A DNA stretch of 64,000 nucleotides from Nitrospirota bacterium (GCA_963845065.1 CAWJQQ010000009.1:256001-320000), one strand, 5' to 3'. Shown: positions 42,498-53,400, counted from the stretch's first letter. The notes: generated by a model not told the origin, from the sequence alone. Program-made: numbers and translations.

Positions 42498-43610
42498 TTA
42501 TGCGCTCTGAGGATTCACTTCCCGGGCAATTGCCCATATGAAGCCGCACAATTCTCTGGCGATAGCTGTTACCACCTTGTTTCTAGACTTCCCTTTGGCC
42601 GTAAGCTTACGGAATCGTCCGCAGAGCCGCACTTGGGCTTTCCAAGAGACGTCGAGAATGTTTTTCGGCAACCCCTCTTGTCGTTTGAGGAGCACTCGGC
42701 TGACTCGGGCTGGGAAACTGTAAGCTTGAGCCGCTTCGATTAACGCGCGTCTAACGTGAGTGTTTCCGGTTTTGGTGATGCCCCCTCGTCTGGTGCTGTC
42801 TCCGCTGGAGTACTCGGAGGGAACCAGCCCTAGATATCCCATAAGATGCTTGGGATTTTTAAAACGGCCCAAGTCTCCAATCTCAGCCATGGTGGTCGCA
42901 GCAGTTACATCCGCTACACCGCGTAGCGATTGGATTGCACGTACGACAGGGGCCGTTCGGCATGTTGGAATGAGCTTTTGAATCTGCTCCGTTAGCCGGG
43001 AAACACGCGCAGAGCATTCCTGCACAGTGTTGATGTACTCTTGCAGCGTGATCTGCTGAGCAGGGTGTGGCATCTTGATGTCCGACAGCCAGCGCATGTG
43101 GGCCTGGGTCCATGCGGTTTCCCCAGAGTATCGATGTCCGTGCCGCAGAAGCATCGCGCCTAATCGCTGCCGAGCGGTGCGCTGGGCCTTGATTGCGTCT
43201 TCGCGGCCACGTGTCAGGTCTCGCATGGCTTCATCTTCTTCCTGGGGTACGTAAACAGGGGTCAGTTCTCCAGCCCGATACAGCCTTGCAAGACTTTGCG
43301 CGTCACGACGATCGGTTTTGACGCGATCGCCGCTTTTCTTGGGGATCAGCGAGGGTGCCACAACCGTGCATTTGTAACCTTTTTTGGTCAGATGGCGGTA
43401 TATTTCATAACCGCATGGGCCGGCTTCATAGACAAAGTGCAGTTCCGTTCCTTTGCTTTCAAGCTTTCTAACCATTTTGTCCAATGACGACATGTCACTG
43501 CCAATCTTACCGTAGTAGCGAACCTCTTGATTGTCGTCGGTGTCTGCTGTTGCCACTGCTATTGAGTTTTTTGCTGAATCGAGACCTACTATTGTGATAG
43601 AATTCTTCAT
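42498..43610 (-). CDS. IS110-family DEDD transposase/recombinase
   Basis: GLDSAK, YEAGPCG, KTDRRDA, YSSG; AAGGAG RBS. Confidence 0.95.
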   Translation of the reverse strand: MKNSITIVGLDSAKNSIAVATADTDDNQEVRYYGKIGSDMSSLDKMVRKLESKGTELHFVYEAGPCGYEIYRHLTKKGYKCTVVAPSLIPKKSGDRVKTDRRDAQSLARLYRAGELTPVYVPQEEDEAMRDLTRGREDAIKAQRTARQRLGAMLLRHGHRYSGETAWTQAHMRWLSDIKMPHPAQQITLQEYINTVQECSARVSRLTEQIQKLIPTCRTAPVVRAIQSLRGVADVTAATTMAEIGDLGRFKNPKHLMGYLGLVPSEYSSGDSTRRGGITKTGNTHVRRALIEAAQAYSFPARVSRVLLKRQEGLPKNILDVSWKAQVRLCGRFRKLTAKGKSRNKVVTAIARELCGFIWAIAREVNPQSA

Positions 43611-44190
43611 GACCTGTCTCCTTGTTTGTGGCTCTGTATTTGGATACCTATTCCATCCAAGTATAACCCACGGTGACAAGGGGCAGGTCACTTTTCCAAC
43701 TGTCAACCATTATGTCTAAAATGTTCAAGACAGCCAGAAACATAGCTGAATATACCGAATACCATCTCCATGATTATGTCGGGAGCCTCCGCAATTCGTG
43801 TTGGATCGGAGACCATATTGACAGCCTGGCCGCCCAAAAGATAGCGACCAGGGCGTTTGATGCCGTTGCTGACTACGAGTTCGGCAAGCATGGGAAACCA
43901 CGGTTCAAGCGTCGCGGCTGGATGTCTTCGCTCGAAGGCAAAAACAACAAGTCTGGTATTCGGTGGTGCGATGACCATGTTGAATGGTCTGGACTTAGCC
44001 TTACCTGTGTCTTCGACAAAAAAGACAAGTTTGGCGTTCAGGCACATGCGCTTAGCCATGATGTTAAATATGTTCGTTTGGTGAAGAAAGCCATCTGCGG
44101 TAACGCCTGCTGGTTCGCCCAACTCGTGCTTAAAGGCACGGCCAGGATCAAGCGTGAGAACCAGATCGGCACCGAAACCGTTGGCCTTGA

Positions 44191-45589
44191 TGACAACTGT
44201 CAGGACATCGTGGACAAAAATAGCTGTCACGACATCGTGGACTCGCAACTTTGAAACTATATTATCCAGCGATACCGTGACAAGAGATTTTGCAGTCATC
44301 GCAGTTGATAACTATATTCTTCAACTTGGATTGTTTCCAAGTAGAGTTTTAACTTTTGATCTTTGACATCGACAGTAGCCACAACGTATTCGTACTGAGT
44401 ATTCGGTGGAGCAAGGAACATTTCGCCAAAGATGTTCAGCTTGCAGTCACTTCGGATGAATCGAACAAAATGATAGCATCCTGTTTCCGGTTTCTCCAGT
44501 GGGTGATGGGGCACATTCTTTTGACTCGGAAAGATCCTTTTCACTTTCATACGATCTAGTGCTTTAATCGGCGTTTGTCCTTTGATTTTGCTGTAGCGAT
44601 AGGTGTTGTTATGCCGATGCTCGAATGCCAGAGATTCTTGCCGAAGCTGCACCATCGATATCATCGTGACCTTGTCGAGGAACTTCTGACGATAATGGTC
44701 ATTGAACTTCTCGATTATCCCGTTTCGCCAGGGTTCGGCTGGTGGGATGAACCAGAGATTGACCCCAGAGAGCAAGCAGAGGCGGATAAGCGGCCCCATT
44801 CCTCGTGGGTAAACGGGACTTCCGAAGAAGGCGATTTCATTGTCTACCTGAAGATTCTCGGGGATGCCCATGCGCTGCCAGACCGCGTAAATGGCGTCCA
44901 GAATGCTCTGCGCTGACTTTGAGGGTATCGGCTCCATGCCGCAGAGGTTGATGGCGGTATCAATTGCATTCAAGCCATAGAACCGAATTGGACCGCTCAG
45001 ATAACAGGGACCTACCAGATCAAGCTGGTGTGTCTGGTTGGGCGCTAGCGCCGGCAGTCCGGGATATTTCTTGCCCTTTGGTTCATACCGGCCGGTACGG
45101 CGATGGGTCAATTCACGACGGCGCAAAATTCGGCTGATTGTGCTCAGTGAGGGAAGCGGTCGCACCTCCATCTCTTCCAGTTCCCATCGTATGGCCTGGT
45201 CGCCGCAGAAGAGATCTTTGTTGTACAAGCTCCATCGGACCATCTCGACGATCATTTCGATTTCTGCGGGCGTGCGGTGAGGACTGACAAGCGGTTGCCG
45301 AGACCGCTCTTCAAACCATAACGAATCATCGGGCGCATACCGTGTCACCCATTTGTACAGCCATGCTCGAGAACGGCCAAGAGAATCACAAATCTCTTCC
45401 GGCTCTTCTCCATTGAAGAACCGCTGCACAGCTTTTAATCGTTCTTGCTTGATGCTCTTTTTCATGAACACCTCCCTTTTAGGTTTGGTGTTCATGATAC
45501 GTTTATGCTGTGGCTATTCGATTGTCAAAGAACGTTTGTCCACGATGTCCTGACAGTAAAATCTGTCTACGATGTCGTGACAGTTATCA
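44191..45589 (-). mobile_element. IS481-like element inserted in the tnpB RuvC-I codon
   Basis: 26-bp imperfect IR TGACAACTGTCAGGACATCGTGGACA with an internally repeated motif at each end; 6-bp TSD CCTTGA (44185-44190, 45590-45595). Confidence 0.9.
44296..45465 (-). CDS. HTH + integrase-core (rve) transposase
   Basis: SRAWLYKW HTH, HQLD, QVDNE, PWRNGIIEKFN. Confidence 0.9.
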   Translation of the reverse strand: MKKSIKQERLKAVQRFFNGEEPEEICDSLGRSRAWLYKWVTRYAPDDSLWFEERSRQPLVSPHRTPAEIEMIVEMVRWSLYNKDLFCGDQAIRWELEEMEVRPLPSLSTISRILRRRELTHRRTGRYEPKGKKYPGLPALAPNQTHQLDLVGPCYLSGPIRFYGLNAIDTAINLCGMEPIPSKSAQSILDAIYAVWQRMGIPENLQVDNEIAFFGSPVYPRGMGPLIRLCLLSGVNLWFIPPAEPWRNGIIEKFNDHYRQKFLDKVTMISMVQLRQESLAFEHRHNNTYRYSKIKGQTPIKALDRMKVKRIFPSQKNVPHHPLEKPETGCYHFVRFIRSDCKLNIFGEMFLAPPNTQYEYVVATVDVKDQKLKLYLETIQVEEYSYQLR

Positions 45590-46635
45590 CCTTGACATTG
45601 GTCCATCCACGGGTGCTATCGTTAGCGATACCGATGCGTTGCTCGTAGCATTTTGTCCGGAAGTCGAGATTCCGTACAAACAAATCCGCGTGGTTCAGCG
45701 TAAGATGGCCAGAAGCCTGAGGGCTGCCAACCCGGACAACTACAACGAAGACGGCACGACTAAGACTGGTGCCGGCAAGGGTAAAAAGCGGTGGATATTC
45801 TCTGCTCAATACCGTGCGCTTAAGGCTGAACTAGCCGAGCTACAGCGAGTTTTGGCTGAAACCAGAAAACGGGCTCATGGCACGTTAGCCAATGAAATTC
45901 TTAAGCTCGGAACCAACATAAAGACCGAGAAACTGTCGTACAGAGCATTCCAGAAACTCTATGGTAAAAGTATTTCACGACGCGCTCCGGGGATGTTTAT
46001 TTCGATGCTTCGCCGCAAAGCCGAAAACGCTGGCGGTAAAGTAACTGAATTTTCTACCCGGAGCACGAAGCTTTCAGAGACATGCCACTGCGGGGAAGTA
46101 GCCAAAAAACCGCTATCCCAACGGTGGCATGACTGTAACTGCGGGGTAACCGCTCAACGCGATCTCTACTCCGCATATCTTGCAAAATATGTTTTTGAAA
46201 ATGTCCTCGACACGCGTCAAGCCGCAGCAGCTTGGCCGGGTGCAAACCTGCTCCTGGAACGGGCGGTGTTGAGGGTGCAGTTTGAAGCGGCAAATGGTCG
46301 GATTCATCCGGCCAGCTTCGGTATTAACAACATGAGAGCCAACACCACGAACCGGAGACAGAGTTGCTTGCCCGTTAAAAACGGATCAACGATAGTCGAT
46401 GCCGGCAACGTCTGTATTGTTGCCGAAAAGCCTGTCGGTATTGCAGTTAGAACCCCCTGTCTTTAGACATGGGGTAGGTCAGAGAATGTTAACGCGATCA
46501 AAAGGAAAATATCAATTCAACGACAGTGGAGTTACTGAGGATATCTTCCATAAGGAGAGTGAATAGGTCAGCGACTCATGGCCATATCAAGAAGAATGCC
46601 TGAGATGCCGCGTTTCCCGGATGGACCAATGCGGA

Positions 46636-47379
46636 TCAGTCGAAGTATCTGCCGCCGTTCACGTTTATGGTCTGTCCGGTGATATAGCCGTTCTGGGCAA
46701 GCAGCACTGCTACGGCCGCGATCTCTTCGGGGGTGCCAAAGCGTCCGACGGGAATGCCGCTCTCGGTTAGCTGAGGCAGACCTGACGACATATCAGTGCG
46801 GATCGGGCCAGGGGCGATTGCGTTCACGGTTATTCCTTCTTTTGCAAGCTGAGCCGCATAGTAGTGCGTAAGCCCGATGAGGCCGGCCTTGGAAGCAGCG
46901 TAATGGGCTCCTACGACACCTCCCACATGAGCGGCAGCTGAAGAAATGTTGATTATTCGTCCCCATTTCTTCCTACGCATGGGGGAGAGCACAGACTGGG
47001 TGACCAGAAAGGATGCTGTGAGATTTGTTCTCAGGATATCCTCCCAATCCTGTTCAGTAATTGTATCAATAGTACTGGACCGTGCAATCCCCGCGTTATT
47101 CACCAGGATATCGATCTCACCCAGATCATGTTCTATGGTTTTTGCCATACGCGTAACTTCTGCAGTCCGAGACACGTCAGCTTGTATGGCGATAGACCTA
47201 TGTCCGAAACTTTCTATTGCTTTTTTCACGTCAAGGGCCTCATGCTCATGAGAGGCATAGTTCACCGCTACATCAGCCCCAGCATCAGCCATCGCAAGAG
47301 CGATTGCTCGTCCTATGCCTCGGCTCGCTCCTGTAACGAGAGCAACCTTTTTCTTTAATTCAATGGTCATAAAAATCAT
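46636..47379 (-). CDS. SDR-family oxidoreductase (FabG-like)
   Basis: TGASRGIG, NNAG, YAASK. Confidence 0.92.
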   Translation of the reverse strand: MIFMTIELKKKVALVTGASRGIGRAIALAMADAGADVAVNYASHEHEALDVKKAIESFGHRSIAIQADVSRTAEVTRMAKTIEHDLGEIDILVNNAGIARSSTIDTITEQDWEDILRTNLTASFLVTQSVLSPMRRKKWGRIINISSAAAHVGGVVGAHYAASKAGLIGLTHYYAAQLAKEGITVNAIAPGPIRTDMSSGLPQLTESGIPVGRFGTPEEIAAVAVLLAQNGYITGQTINVNGGRYFD

Positions 47380-47987
47380 TCTCCTTTCTCAAATGTCTTC
47401 ATTCCAATCTTATCACGCTTCCTGACGAAACGGCGATCTCCAGACCATTCGTCCGACAATCAAACAGGGAGCGATTATGAAAACATCTGGACACCGTCGC
47501 AATGCTCCTCACCACTGTCCACATTTAGCTAATCTACGGGATTTAACCGGCTGAGCGATCAAAATATCTGAATGACAGCCTGTCGTATCGCCCCAAGAAT
47601 AAATATTCGAAACAACGCGATGTATCTCGGTACCTTACGAAGTAGCGTTTTTCGCAGACGCCATAGCTTTCTACAACTTAAGTAGTCAAAAATCAAATTG
47701 GTCGATGCGACGCTTTGTTTCGGGACTCATCGGCGAAAGCAAAATGTCCTGCGTTATGAACCTGGAGAAAAGTCATTAGCTTCGGCTATAACTATTAGAA
47801 TCGCATGTCTCCGGGATGCTCATCCCGGCACCCACTTTGCGGTCTTTTTCAACAGAGTTAATAATGCGCACGTTTTTCACATAGGATTTATCAAGGCGAT
47901 GTCTGCTTGAGTTGCAGTATAATAGAAATAAAAGCGTTTAATCACTCTCGACGCATCTGTTTTGCAATGCTTTAAAGAGGTGCAAAT

Positions 47988-48125
47988 ATGACGATCGTTC
48001 TAATCATTGTGGCTATAGCTGCGGCAATCTACGTCTATGCTGCTACTGCATACTACTACGGGTTTAAGAACTGGTATCCCTTATGCGGCTGCAAGAAGAC
48101 GGCCTGCAGTACCAAGGGACCATAG
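47988..48125 (+). CDS. 45-aa membrane protein with Cys-rich tail (below the ORF-track cut-off)
   Basis: MTIVLIIVAIAAAIYVYAATAYYYGFKNWYPLCGCKKTACSTKGP; GAGGTG RBS; upstream TATAAT. Confidence 0.6.
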   Translation: MTIVLIIVAIAAAIYVYAATAYYYGFKNWYPLCGCKKTACSTKGP

Positions 48126-48266
48126 TAGTATCTTTTGCTATTTACTTTTCTGAGTATTTACCTTACGGGTATTTCCTGTTGATTTAGCCTTGATTTTCAC
48201 TTGATTAACCGTATATAATGAAAACCTTGGCGCAGATTCAGCAAAACAACGAGGCTTTTTCATATC

Positions 48267-48497
48267 ATGGCGGAAAAAAAATTCGAAGCAGCGCTGCGGC
48301 GGCTCGAGGAGATCGTGGAGGAATTGGAGAAGGGTGACATTCCTCTTGAGCAGTCGCTGAAGCTGTTCGAGGAGGGAATCAAGCTTTCCCGACTCTGCAC
48401 CAAGCGGCTCGAAGACGCAGAACGAAGGGTGGATATCCTGCTTAAGGACAAAGCAGGGAACGTGATAGAGCAGCCTTTTGAAGAACCGGAAGAGTAA
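48267..48497 (+). CDS. xseB: Exodeoxyribonuclease VII small subunit
   Basis: FEAALRRLEEIVEELE...LEQSLKLFEEG; usual xseB-ispA-dxs-tlyA synteny. Confidence 0.95.
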   Translation: MAEKKFEAALRRLEEIVEELEKGDIPLEQSLKLFEEGIKLSRLCTKRLEDAERRVDILLKDKAGNVIEQPFEEPEE

Positions 48498-48512
48498 TCA
48501 TCCAAAACAACT

Positions 48513-49403
48513 ATGGACATCAAAGTCTATCTTGCAAAGAAAAAAGACACGGTGGATAAAGCGCTTGAGAAACTCGTCCCGCCCGGGAAAACATTTCCCA
48601 CTTCCGTGCACGAGGCAATGCGCTACAGCCTCTTTGGCGGCGGCAAGCGGGTCAGGCCGATTCTCGCCATTGCTGCTGCAGAAGCAATCGGTGCGAAGAC
48701 CACTGGCCTATTGCCTATCGCTGGATCGCTTGAACTGATCCACACCTATTCGCTGATCCATGATGACCTGCCTGCAATGGATGACGATGATTTCCGGCGC
48801 GGCAGGCCTACCTGTCACAAGGTATACGGCGAGGCCGTTGCCATTCTCGCGGGAGACGGGCTTTTGAACATGGCCTTCGAAGTGATGTCCGATCCTCGCT
48901 GGCTCAAGGTAATTCCCGCGAATAGGCTTATTGACATCATTAAAGAGATTTCTACAGCATCAGGCGTATTTGGCATGGTCGGCGGCCAAGTCGTTGACAT
49001 GGAGTCGGAAGGAACGGATGTTGATTCCCCCACGCTTGAATATATCCACACGCACAAGACCGGCGCGCTTATTAGGGCGTCAGTCCGGGTTGGCGCACTC
49101 TATGCCAAAGCAGGAAAGCGGCAGTTTACGGCCCTCACGCATTATGGCGAGATGGTGGGCCTCGCGTTTCAGATCGCCGATGACATCCTCGATATCACAG
49201 GCACGCGGGAAGAGATTGGCAAAGACGTAGGAAGCGATATTAAAAAAGGCAAGAAAACCTACCCGAGTTTTTACGGTCTGGAAGAGTCACGCGCACGAGC
49301 CCTGGAGGTCGCTGATAAGGCTGTCCAAGCGCTCAAGGACTTCGACCGCAAGGCTGGCCCGCTCCGTGAACTTGCGAAGTTTATTGTGAACAGAGTAAAT
49401 TAA
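48513..49403 (+). CDS. ispA: Geranyltranstransferase / FPP synthase
   Basis: GGKRVRP, HDDLPAMDDDDFRRG, FQIADD. Confidence 0.95.
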   Translation: MDIKVYLAKKKDTVDKALEKLVPPGKTFPTSVHEAMRYSLFGGGKRVRPILAIAAAEAIGAKTTGLLPIAGSLELIHTYSLIHDDLPAMDDDDFRRGRPTCHKVYGEAVAILAGDGLLNMAFEVMSDPRWLKVIPANRLIDIIKEISTASGVFGMVGGQVVDMESEGTDVDSPTLEYIHTHKTGALIRASVRVGALYAKAGKRQFTALTHYGEMVGLAFQIADDILDITGTREEIGKDVGSDIKKGKKTYPSFYGLEESRARALEVADKAVQALKDFDRKAGPLRELAKFIVNRVN

Positions 49404-49476
49404 ATCTGGGGACAGGGCTCAGGGTTCAAGTTTTCCCGGACCATGGCTACAGGCCCTTTGAACCGACGAGGTACTT

Positions 49477-51399
49477 ATGATACTGGACAAAGTAGTTAAT
49501 GCAAATGACTTGCGGGATATTCCCCGGGAAGAACTGCCGGAGCTTGCTCGAGAGATTCGACAGGAGATTCTTGATGTCGTATCGAAGACGGGCGGTCATT
49601 TCGCTTCGAGCCTCGGCGTGGTCGACTTGACTATTGCCCTGCACTATGCTTTTGACACGCCGAATGACCGCATTGTTTGGGATGTGGGACACCAAGCTTA
49701 CGCGCACAAGATCCTGACAGGGAGGCGTGCGCAGTTCCCCACACTTCGCCAGTACGGCGGCATCAGCGGTTTCCCCAAGCGCACGGAGAGCCCCTGCGAC
49801 CATTTTGACGTAGGACATGCAAGCACATCCATATCCGCTGCGCTTGGTATAGCAGCGGCCAGGGACATCAAGGGCGAGGACTACCATGTCGTCGCTGTGA
49901 TAGGAGATGGCTCGATCTCAGCCGGGCTCGCCTTCGAAGGCTTGAACCAGGCAGGTCACCTCAAGAAGAACCTCATTGTGATCCTGAACGACAACGAAAT
50001 GTCCATTGCCCCGAACGTGGGGGCGCTTTCGTCATACCTGAGCCGGACGTTGACGGGACACTTTTATACGAAACTCCGCAAGGATGCAAAGACTTTTCTT
50101 CAGGGCATTCCGAAGGTCGGCGGGTCCATGTTCAATCTGGCGAAGAAGGCCGAAGATTCCATCAAGAGCATAATGGTGCCAGGCATGCTGTTCGAGGACC
50201 TCGGATTCCAGTATATAGGACCGATCGATGGGCACAATATCAACCATATGCTCGAGACATTTAAGAACATCAAAAATTACACTTGGCCGGTCCTGGTCCA
50301 TGTTATCACTAAAAAAGGCAAAGGCTGTGAGTTCGCGGAGTGTAATCCATCCCAGTATCATGGCATCTCACCTTTTGACCCGGCTACCGGGAAAACCCTG
50401 GCTAAAAAGCAGCCCATCATGAGCTACACCGAAGTTTTCGGCCGGACGATGGTGAGGCTTGCCGAGGAAAACGATAAACTCGTTGCTATCTCCGCGGCCA
50501 TGTCGGAAGGCACGGGGCTTGACAAATTCGCCGAGCACTTTCCCGACAGGTTTTTTGACGTCGGTATTGCAGAGCCCCATGGAGTTACGTTTGCCTGCGG
50601 CCTTGCCATCGAGGGGCTCCATCCGGTAGCGGCCATTTATTCAACATTCACGCAGCGCGCTTATGATCAGGTCGTGCACGACCTTTGCCTTCAAAATCTT
50701 CCAGTAACGCTCGCTCTTGATCGCGCCGGACTCGTTGGTGAAGACGGTCCGACCCATCACGGCGCATTCGATATCGCCTATCTCCGCCATATACCGAACA
50801 TGGTTGTGATGGCGCCCAAGGACGAGAACGAACTGCAGCATATGATCAAGACGGCAGTCGGGCATCACGGCCCTACGGCAGTGCGTTATCCTCGCGGTAC
50901 CGGCTGCGGCGTTCCCATGGACCAGGAAATGAAGACCTTGCCGATCGGCAAAGCAGAGCTGATCAAGGACGGGAATGAGGCTGTGATCGTCGCTATCGGT
51001 AACATGGTCTGCCCGTCAATCGAGGCCGCGAAAAAACTTGCCGAAGAGGGGATTTCAGTCGCGGTTGTGAACGCCCGGTTCGTAAAACCCCTCGATAAAG
51101 AGATGATTACCTCGTATGCAAGGAAGACTGGCAGATTGATTACTGCTGAGGAACACGCCTTGCTCGGCGGCTTCGGAAGCGCTGTGCTCGAATGTCTCGA
51201 TATAAACGGCGTGTACGGCATTAAAACGCACCGGATCGGGCTGCCGGATACCTACATTGAACATGGAACGCAAGCGGTGCTGAGGCAGAAGTATGGTCTC
51301 GATGCAGAAGGCATTTACGCGTCGGTCAAGAAGTTTATCGAAAGCTCCCGATTTAAGGCGGTGGCAACTGTTGCTCCGCTCCGGGCGAAAGACGCATAA
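49477..51399 (+). CDS. dxs: 1-deoxy-D-xylulose-5-phosphate synthase
   Basis: WDVGHQAYAHKILTGR, GDG...NDN, DRAGLVGEDGPTH. Confidence 0.97.
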   Translation: MILDKVVNANDLRDIPREELPELAREIRQEILDVVSKTGGHFASSLGVVDLTIALHYAFDTPNDRIVWDVGHQAYAHKILTGRRAQFPTLRQYGGISGFPKRTESPCDHFDVGHASTSISAALGIAAARDIKGEDYHVVAVIGDGSISAGLAFEGLNQAGHLKKNLIVILNDNEMSIAPNVGALSSYLSRTLTGHFYTKLRKDAKTFLQGIPKVGGSMFNLAKKAEDSIKSIMVPGMLFEDLGFQYIGPIDGHNINHMLETFKNIKNYTWPVLVHVITKKGKGCEFAECNPSQYHGISPFDPATGKTLAKKQPIMSYTEVFGRTMVRLAEENDKLVAISAAMSEGTGLDKFAEHFPDRFFDVGIAEPHGVTFACGLAIEGLHPVAAIYSTFTQRAYDQVVHDLCLQNLPVTLALDRAGLVGEDGPTHHGAFDIAYLRHIPNMVVMAPKDENELQHMIKTAVGHHGPTAVRYPRGTGCGVPMDQEMKTLPIGKAELIKDGNEAVIVAIGNMVCPSIEAAKKLAEEGISVAVVNARFVKPLDKEMITSYARKTGRLITAEEHALLGGFGSAVLECLDINGVYGIKTHRIGLPDTYIEHGTQAVLRQKYGLDAEGIYASVKKFIESSRFKAVATVAPLRAKDA

Positions 51400-51427
51400 C
51401 AAAAACACGGATATTGTTTGGAAAAAG

Positions 51428-51458
51428 AAAGGCACTCGGAAATTTTCGGGTGCCTTTC
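51428..51458 (+). terminator. Hairpin/terminator after dxs
   Basis: AAAGGCACTCG-loop-CGGGTGCCTTT. Confidence 0.55.
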
Positions 51459-51554
51459 GTGTTGCTCGGCAGAGAAGCGAAAAGTGGAAGATAAAATTTG
51501 TCAAAGCTTGATGGCCGCGCGAGATGCTTCTGATACGCTCGCAGTACGAAAAAG

Positions 51555-52316
51555 ATGACCGAACAAAAAAAGAGTAAAGCTAAAAGACTCCGTCTCGACG
51601 TCCTGCTTGCAGAGCGTGGGCTAGCGGCGAGCCGCGAAAAGGCGCAGGCGATCATCTTTTCGGGAAAGGTGCTCGTGGATGGACAGAAGCAGGACAAAGC
51701 AGGCGCGTTTGTCCCCGAAGACGCCGAAATCCGGATTCTCGGCGAAACGCTGCGATATGTCGGCCGCGGCGGACTGAAACTTGAGGCGGCCTTAAAGGAG
51801 TTTCGCATCCCTGTAAGTGGGATGATCGCACTTGATGTGGGTGCTTCTACGGGTGGGTTTACCGACTGTTTGCTCCAGCACGGATCTCAGAAAATCTATG
51901 CTGTTGACGTGGGTTATGGCCAGATTGCGTGGAAACTCCGGCAGGACCCGCGTGTTGTGGTCATCGAACGGGTGAATATCCGTGACATGGCTCTCTCTCT
52001 TATTCCTGAACATGTTGATGTCGCAGTCATCGATGTCTCATTCATTTCTCTTGAAAAGGTCATTCCCTCAGTCCTAAATTTTCTCAAGCCAGAAGCAGTA
52101 ATTATTGCGCTCATAAAACCACAGTTCGAGGTCGGGAAGGAACAGGTCGGCAAGGGAGGCATCGTACGCGATGAGACCGCCAGGACGACGGCGGTGAAGA
52201 AAGTCGAGGATTTTATCAATAGACTCGGGCTCGAAGTGCAAGGAATTATTCCATCGCCGATCACGGGGCAGGACGGAAATGTAGAGTATCTGATTTGTGC
52301 AAAGATGAACCGATGA
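51555..52316 (+). CDS. tlyA: TlyA-family rRNA methyltransferase
   Basis: S4 domain RLDVLL, DVGASTGGFTD, IKPQFE. Confidence 0.95.
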   Translation: MTEQKKSKAKRLRLDVLLAERGLAASREKAQAIIFSGKVLVDGQKQDKAGAFVPEDAEIRILGETLRYVGRGGLKLEAALKEFRIPVSGMIALDVGASTGGFTDCLLQHGSQKIYAVDVGYGQIAWKLRQDPRVVVIERVNIRDMALSLIPEHVDVAVIDVSFISLEKVIPSVLNFLKPEAVIIALIKPQFEVGKEQVGKGGIVRDETARTTAVKKVEDFINRLGLEVQGIIPSPITGQDGNVEYLICAKMNR

Positions 52317-52608
52317 TCGCAGGCCGCGTTCAATCCTTCTTGTTGTCCTCGGCGTCTTCTCGCCTTCGATTCGTTTACGGAGGCGCGATTATATCGAATC
52401 CTATACCAGGTTTGTAGAAAGCGGAGATGAAAAGCCCGCTTCTCCCGGGGAATGGAAGTTTTAAGGATCGCCATGGAGTCGGACAGGCGCGAAGGCATTA
52501 TATCGTACAATAGAAGTTGGAAGGGAATGTGGAACGTCTGATTTGCATGGTAGGCCACAAGGCAAAGAATAATTATCTCTCCTCGCGCTATTATCTTGTT
52601 CTCTGGGC

Positions 52609-53400
52609 TCAGTCTGCTGTCATCCGTCCTGCGAATTCCTCTCCCAGGACGACCATCGATTCAATATCCAGGTAATGCGGGGCGGTCTTGTCCAGCAACA
52701 GCTTGCACTGGGCTGGGAAATTTTCTTCCGGCACCGAGTCATAGAACAGGAGCAGTGCGGGGTAGTGGGGAAAGAACCGGAATTCGAAGGCAGCGTCGTG
52801 ATTACCGCTGATACTTGAGGGAACCCCGCCGAATTTTTCACACGCAGCCTTGAGGTCACTGATCCTGCCGTCAAAGTGCTTCGAGATCACATCCTCAACG
52901 TGTCCTGCCCAGGCCTTATCCTTTGCGTGCGATGCCGGTACTGAGCTGAACGTTATCCACTCACTCATAGGGGCAGGGGGGGCGGGCATGCACAGATGGT
53001 TATAAATAAGGATGGAGATAAAGGGCTGCGGCTGTTTGCCTGATGCGTCAATGATCCTTTCTTTCGTAACCGTAATACACTCGTTCAGAAAAGAGATTGC
53101 GAGACAGTCGGGTCCGATGAGCGTGGCCCCAAAGAAAGCTGCAGTTTTCGGGAAATCGAGCGCATGAATCTTTGGTTGCAGTGCTCTCAGTGACTGCTCG
53201 AAGACTGTTCCTTGAACGCCTTTTTGTTCCGCAGCAGCCTCACGGAGGGTGTCTTTCGCGCCGGAGTTCATGTTCGGACAATCTTCAAGCGAGGCCTGCT
53301 GAGAGGCAAGCTTTGCTGCAAATCCAAAGCAGCTCGATAAACCGCACGACCCGCAATTAGTTTGCGGAAGGAGTTTGTAAATCTCTACAGCGCTCTTCAT
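52609..53400 (-). CDS. Fe-S-binding protein with DUF3786-like domain
   Basis: LPQTNCGSCGLSSCFGFA...CP 4Fe-4S motif; C-terminal FPAQCKLLLD..LDIES. Confidence 0.8.
   Translation of the reverse strand: MKSAVEIYKLLPQTNCGSCGLSSCFGFAAKLASQQASLEDCPNMNSGAKDTLREAAAEQKGVQGTVFEQSLRALQPKIHALDFPKTAAFFGATLIGPDCLAISFLNECITVTKERIIDASGKQPQPFISILIYNHLCMPAPPAPMSEWITFSSVPASHAKDKAWAGHVEDVISKHFDGRISDLKAACEKFGGVPSSISGNHDAAFEFRFFPHYPALLLFYDSVPEENFPAQCKLLLDKTAPHYLDIESMVVLGEEFAGRMTAD

Larger units (their letters stand above)
40266..43717 (-). mobile_element. IS110-family, IS1111-group element, copy A (with IS66 passenger)
   Basis: CT core at 40264-40265 and 43716-43717; perfect 14-bp subterminal IR ATGGTTGACAGTTG (40269-40282 / 43697-43710). 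Confidence 0.95.
40056..46466 (+). pseudogene. tnpB: Interrupted tnpB (40056-40265 + 43718-44190 + 45596-46466)
   Basis: Pieces total 1554 nt and rejoin in frame to 517 aa. Confidence 0.92.
39945..46482 (+). mobile_element. tnpB-only IS605-family element, copy 3, carrying nested IS1111, IS66 and IS481-like elements
   Basis: TTAC at 39941-39944, LE hairpin, RE ...GGGGTAGG-TCAG ending at 46482. Confidence 0.95.

Noticed and set aside
44191..44202. Shared 12-mer TGACAACTGTCA in the IS481-like end and the IS1111 right end
   Set aside because: Short near-palindrome in mechanistically unrelated elements; no further similarity.
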